A DNA stretch of 64,000 nucleotides, from positions 7,690,001 to 7,754,000 of the forward strand of contig CM075997.1 in assembly GCA_038087875.1 (NCBI GenBank), read 5' to 3'. How positions within the stretch are numbered: position 1 is the stretch's first letter; each line of letters opens with the position of its first letter. A program made the translations under genes and the position numbers. The notes under the pieces are model-generated. The model did not search any database and had not been told where the DNA came from. It saw only the letters and a program-made list of their open reading frames with translations. Positions 63,598 through 64,000 of the stretch are shown here, in pieces. The stretch is from Malacoraja senta (lineage: Eukaryota).

Positions 63598-64000
63598 ATA
63601 CATAGACACATAGAAAATAGGTGCAGGAGTAGACCATTCGACCCTTCGATCCTGCACCGCCATTCAATATGATCATGGCTGATCATACATCTCAGTATCC
63701 CGTACCTGCCTTCTCTCCATACCCCCTGATCCCTTTAGCCACAAGGGCCACATCTAACTCCCTCTTAAATATAGCCAATGAACTGGCCTCAACTACCCTC
63801 TGTGGCAGAGAGTTCCAGAGATTCACCACTCTCTGTGTGAAAACATTTTTTCTCATCTCGGTCTTAAAGGATTTCCCCCTTATCCTTAAGCTGTGACCCC
63901 TTGTCCTGGACTTCCCGAACATCGGTAACAATCTTCGTGCATCTAGCCTGTCCAACCCCATAAGAATTGTGTACGTTTCTATAAGATCCCCTCTCAATCA
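63597..64000 (-). mobile_element. CR1 3' end; runs off the window end
   Basis: RGDLIETY, RTRGHSL, VVNLWNSLP; ACATAG tail. Confidence 0.93.

Overview
Repeat-dense (~85-90%) vertebrate genomic DNA, most likely from a cartilaginous fish (skate/ray-like). This is inferred from the CR1 families, Penelope-type terminal repeats and GPR139-like receptor. There is one intact host gene: a two-exon class A GPCR of the GPR139/GPR142 type (minus strand, 40228-40144 + 38883-37985, 327 aa), with a decayed paralogous fragment ~3 kb downstream. An orphan 154-codon ORF (25387-25851) and a CpG-rich promoter-like island with a cleanly bounded candidate exon (4491-4622) are also present. The rest is nested, mostly dead transposons: many CR1 LINEs (one near full length with esterase ORF1), three large L1s plus an L1 3' fragment, four Gypsy-type LTR remnants with identifiable PBS or PPT, Penelope-like fragments, Rex1-like pieces, two non-autonomous Helitrons and two copies of a TAG...CTA DNA transposon with 7-bp TSDs. 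The most unusual structures are: (i) a telomere-derived 15-mer satellite (CCCTAA-CCCTAATGA)n split into three blocks by insertions, (ii) short Penelope-derived elements carrying a hammerhead-ribozyme-like core, some inserted as fold-back palindromes with TSDs, and (iii) a ~1.43-kb direct duplication bracketing a doubly truncated L1. Most TE boundaries are approximate, and no database search was possible.
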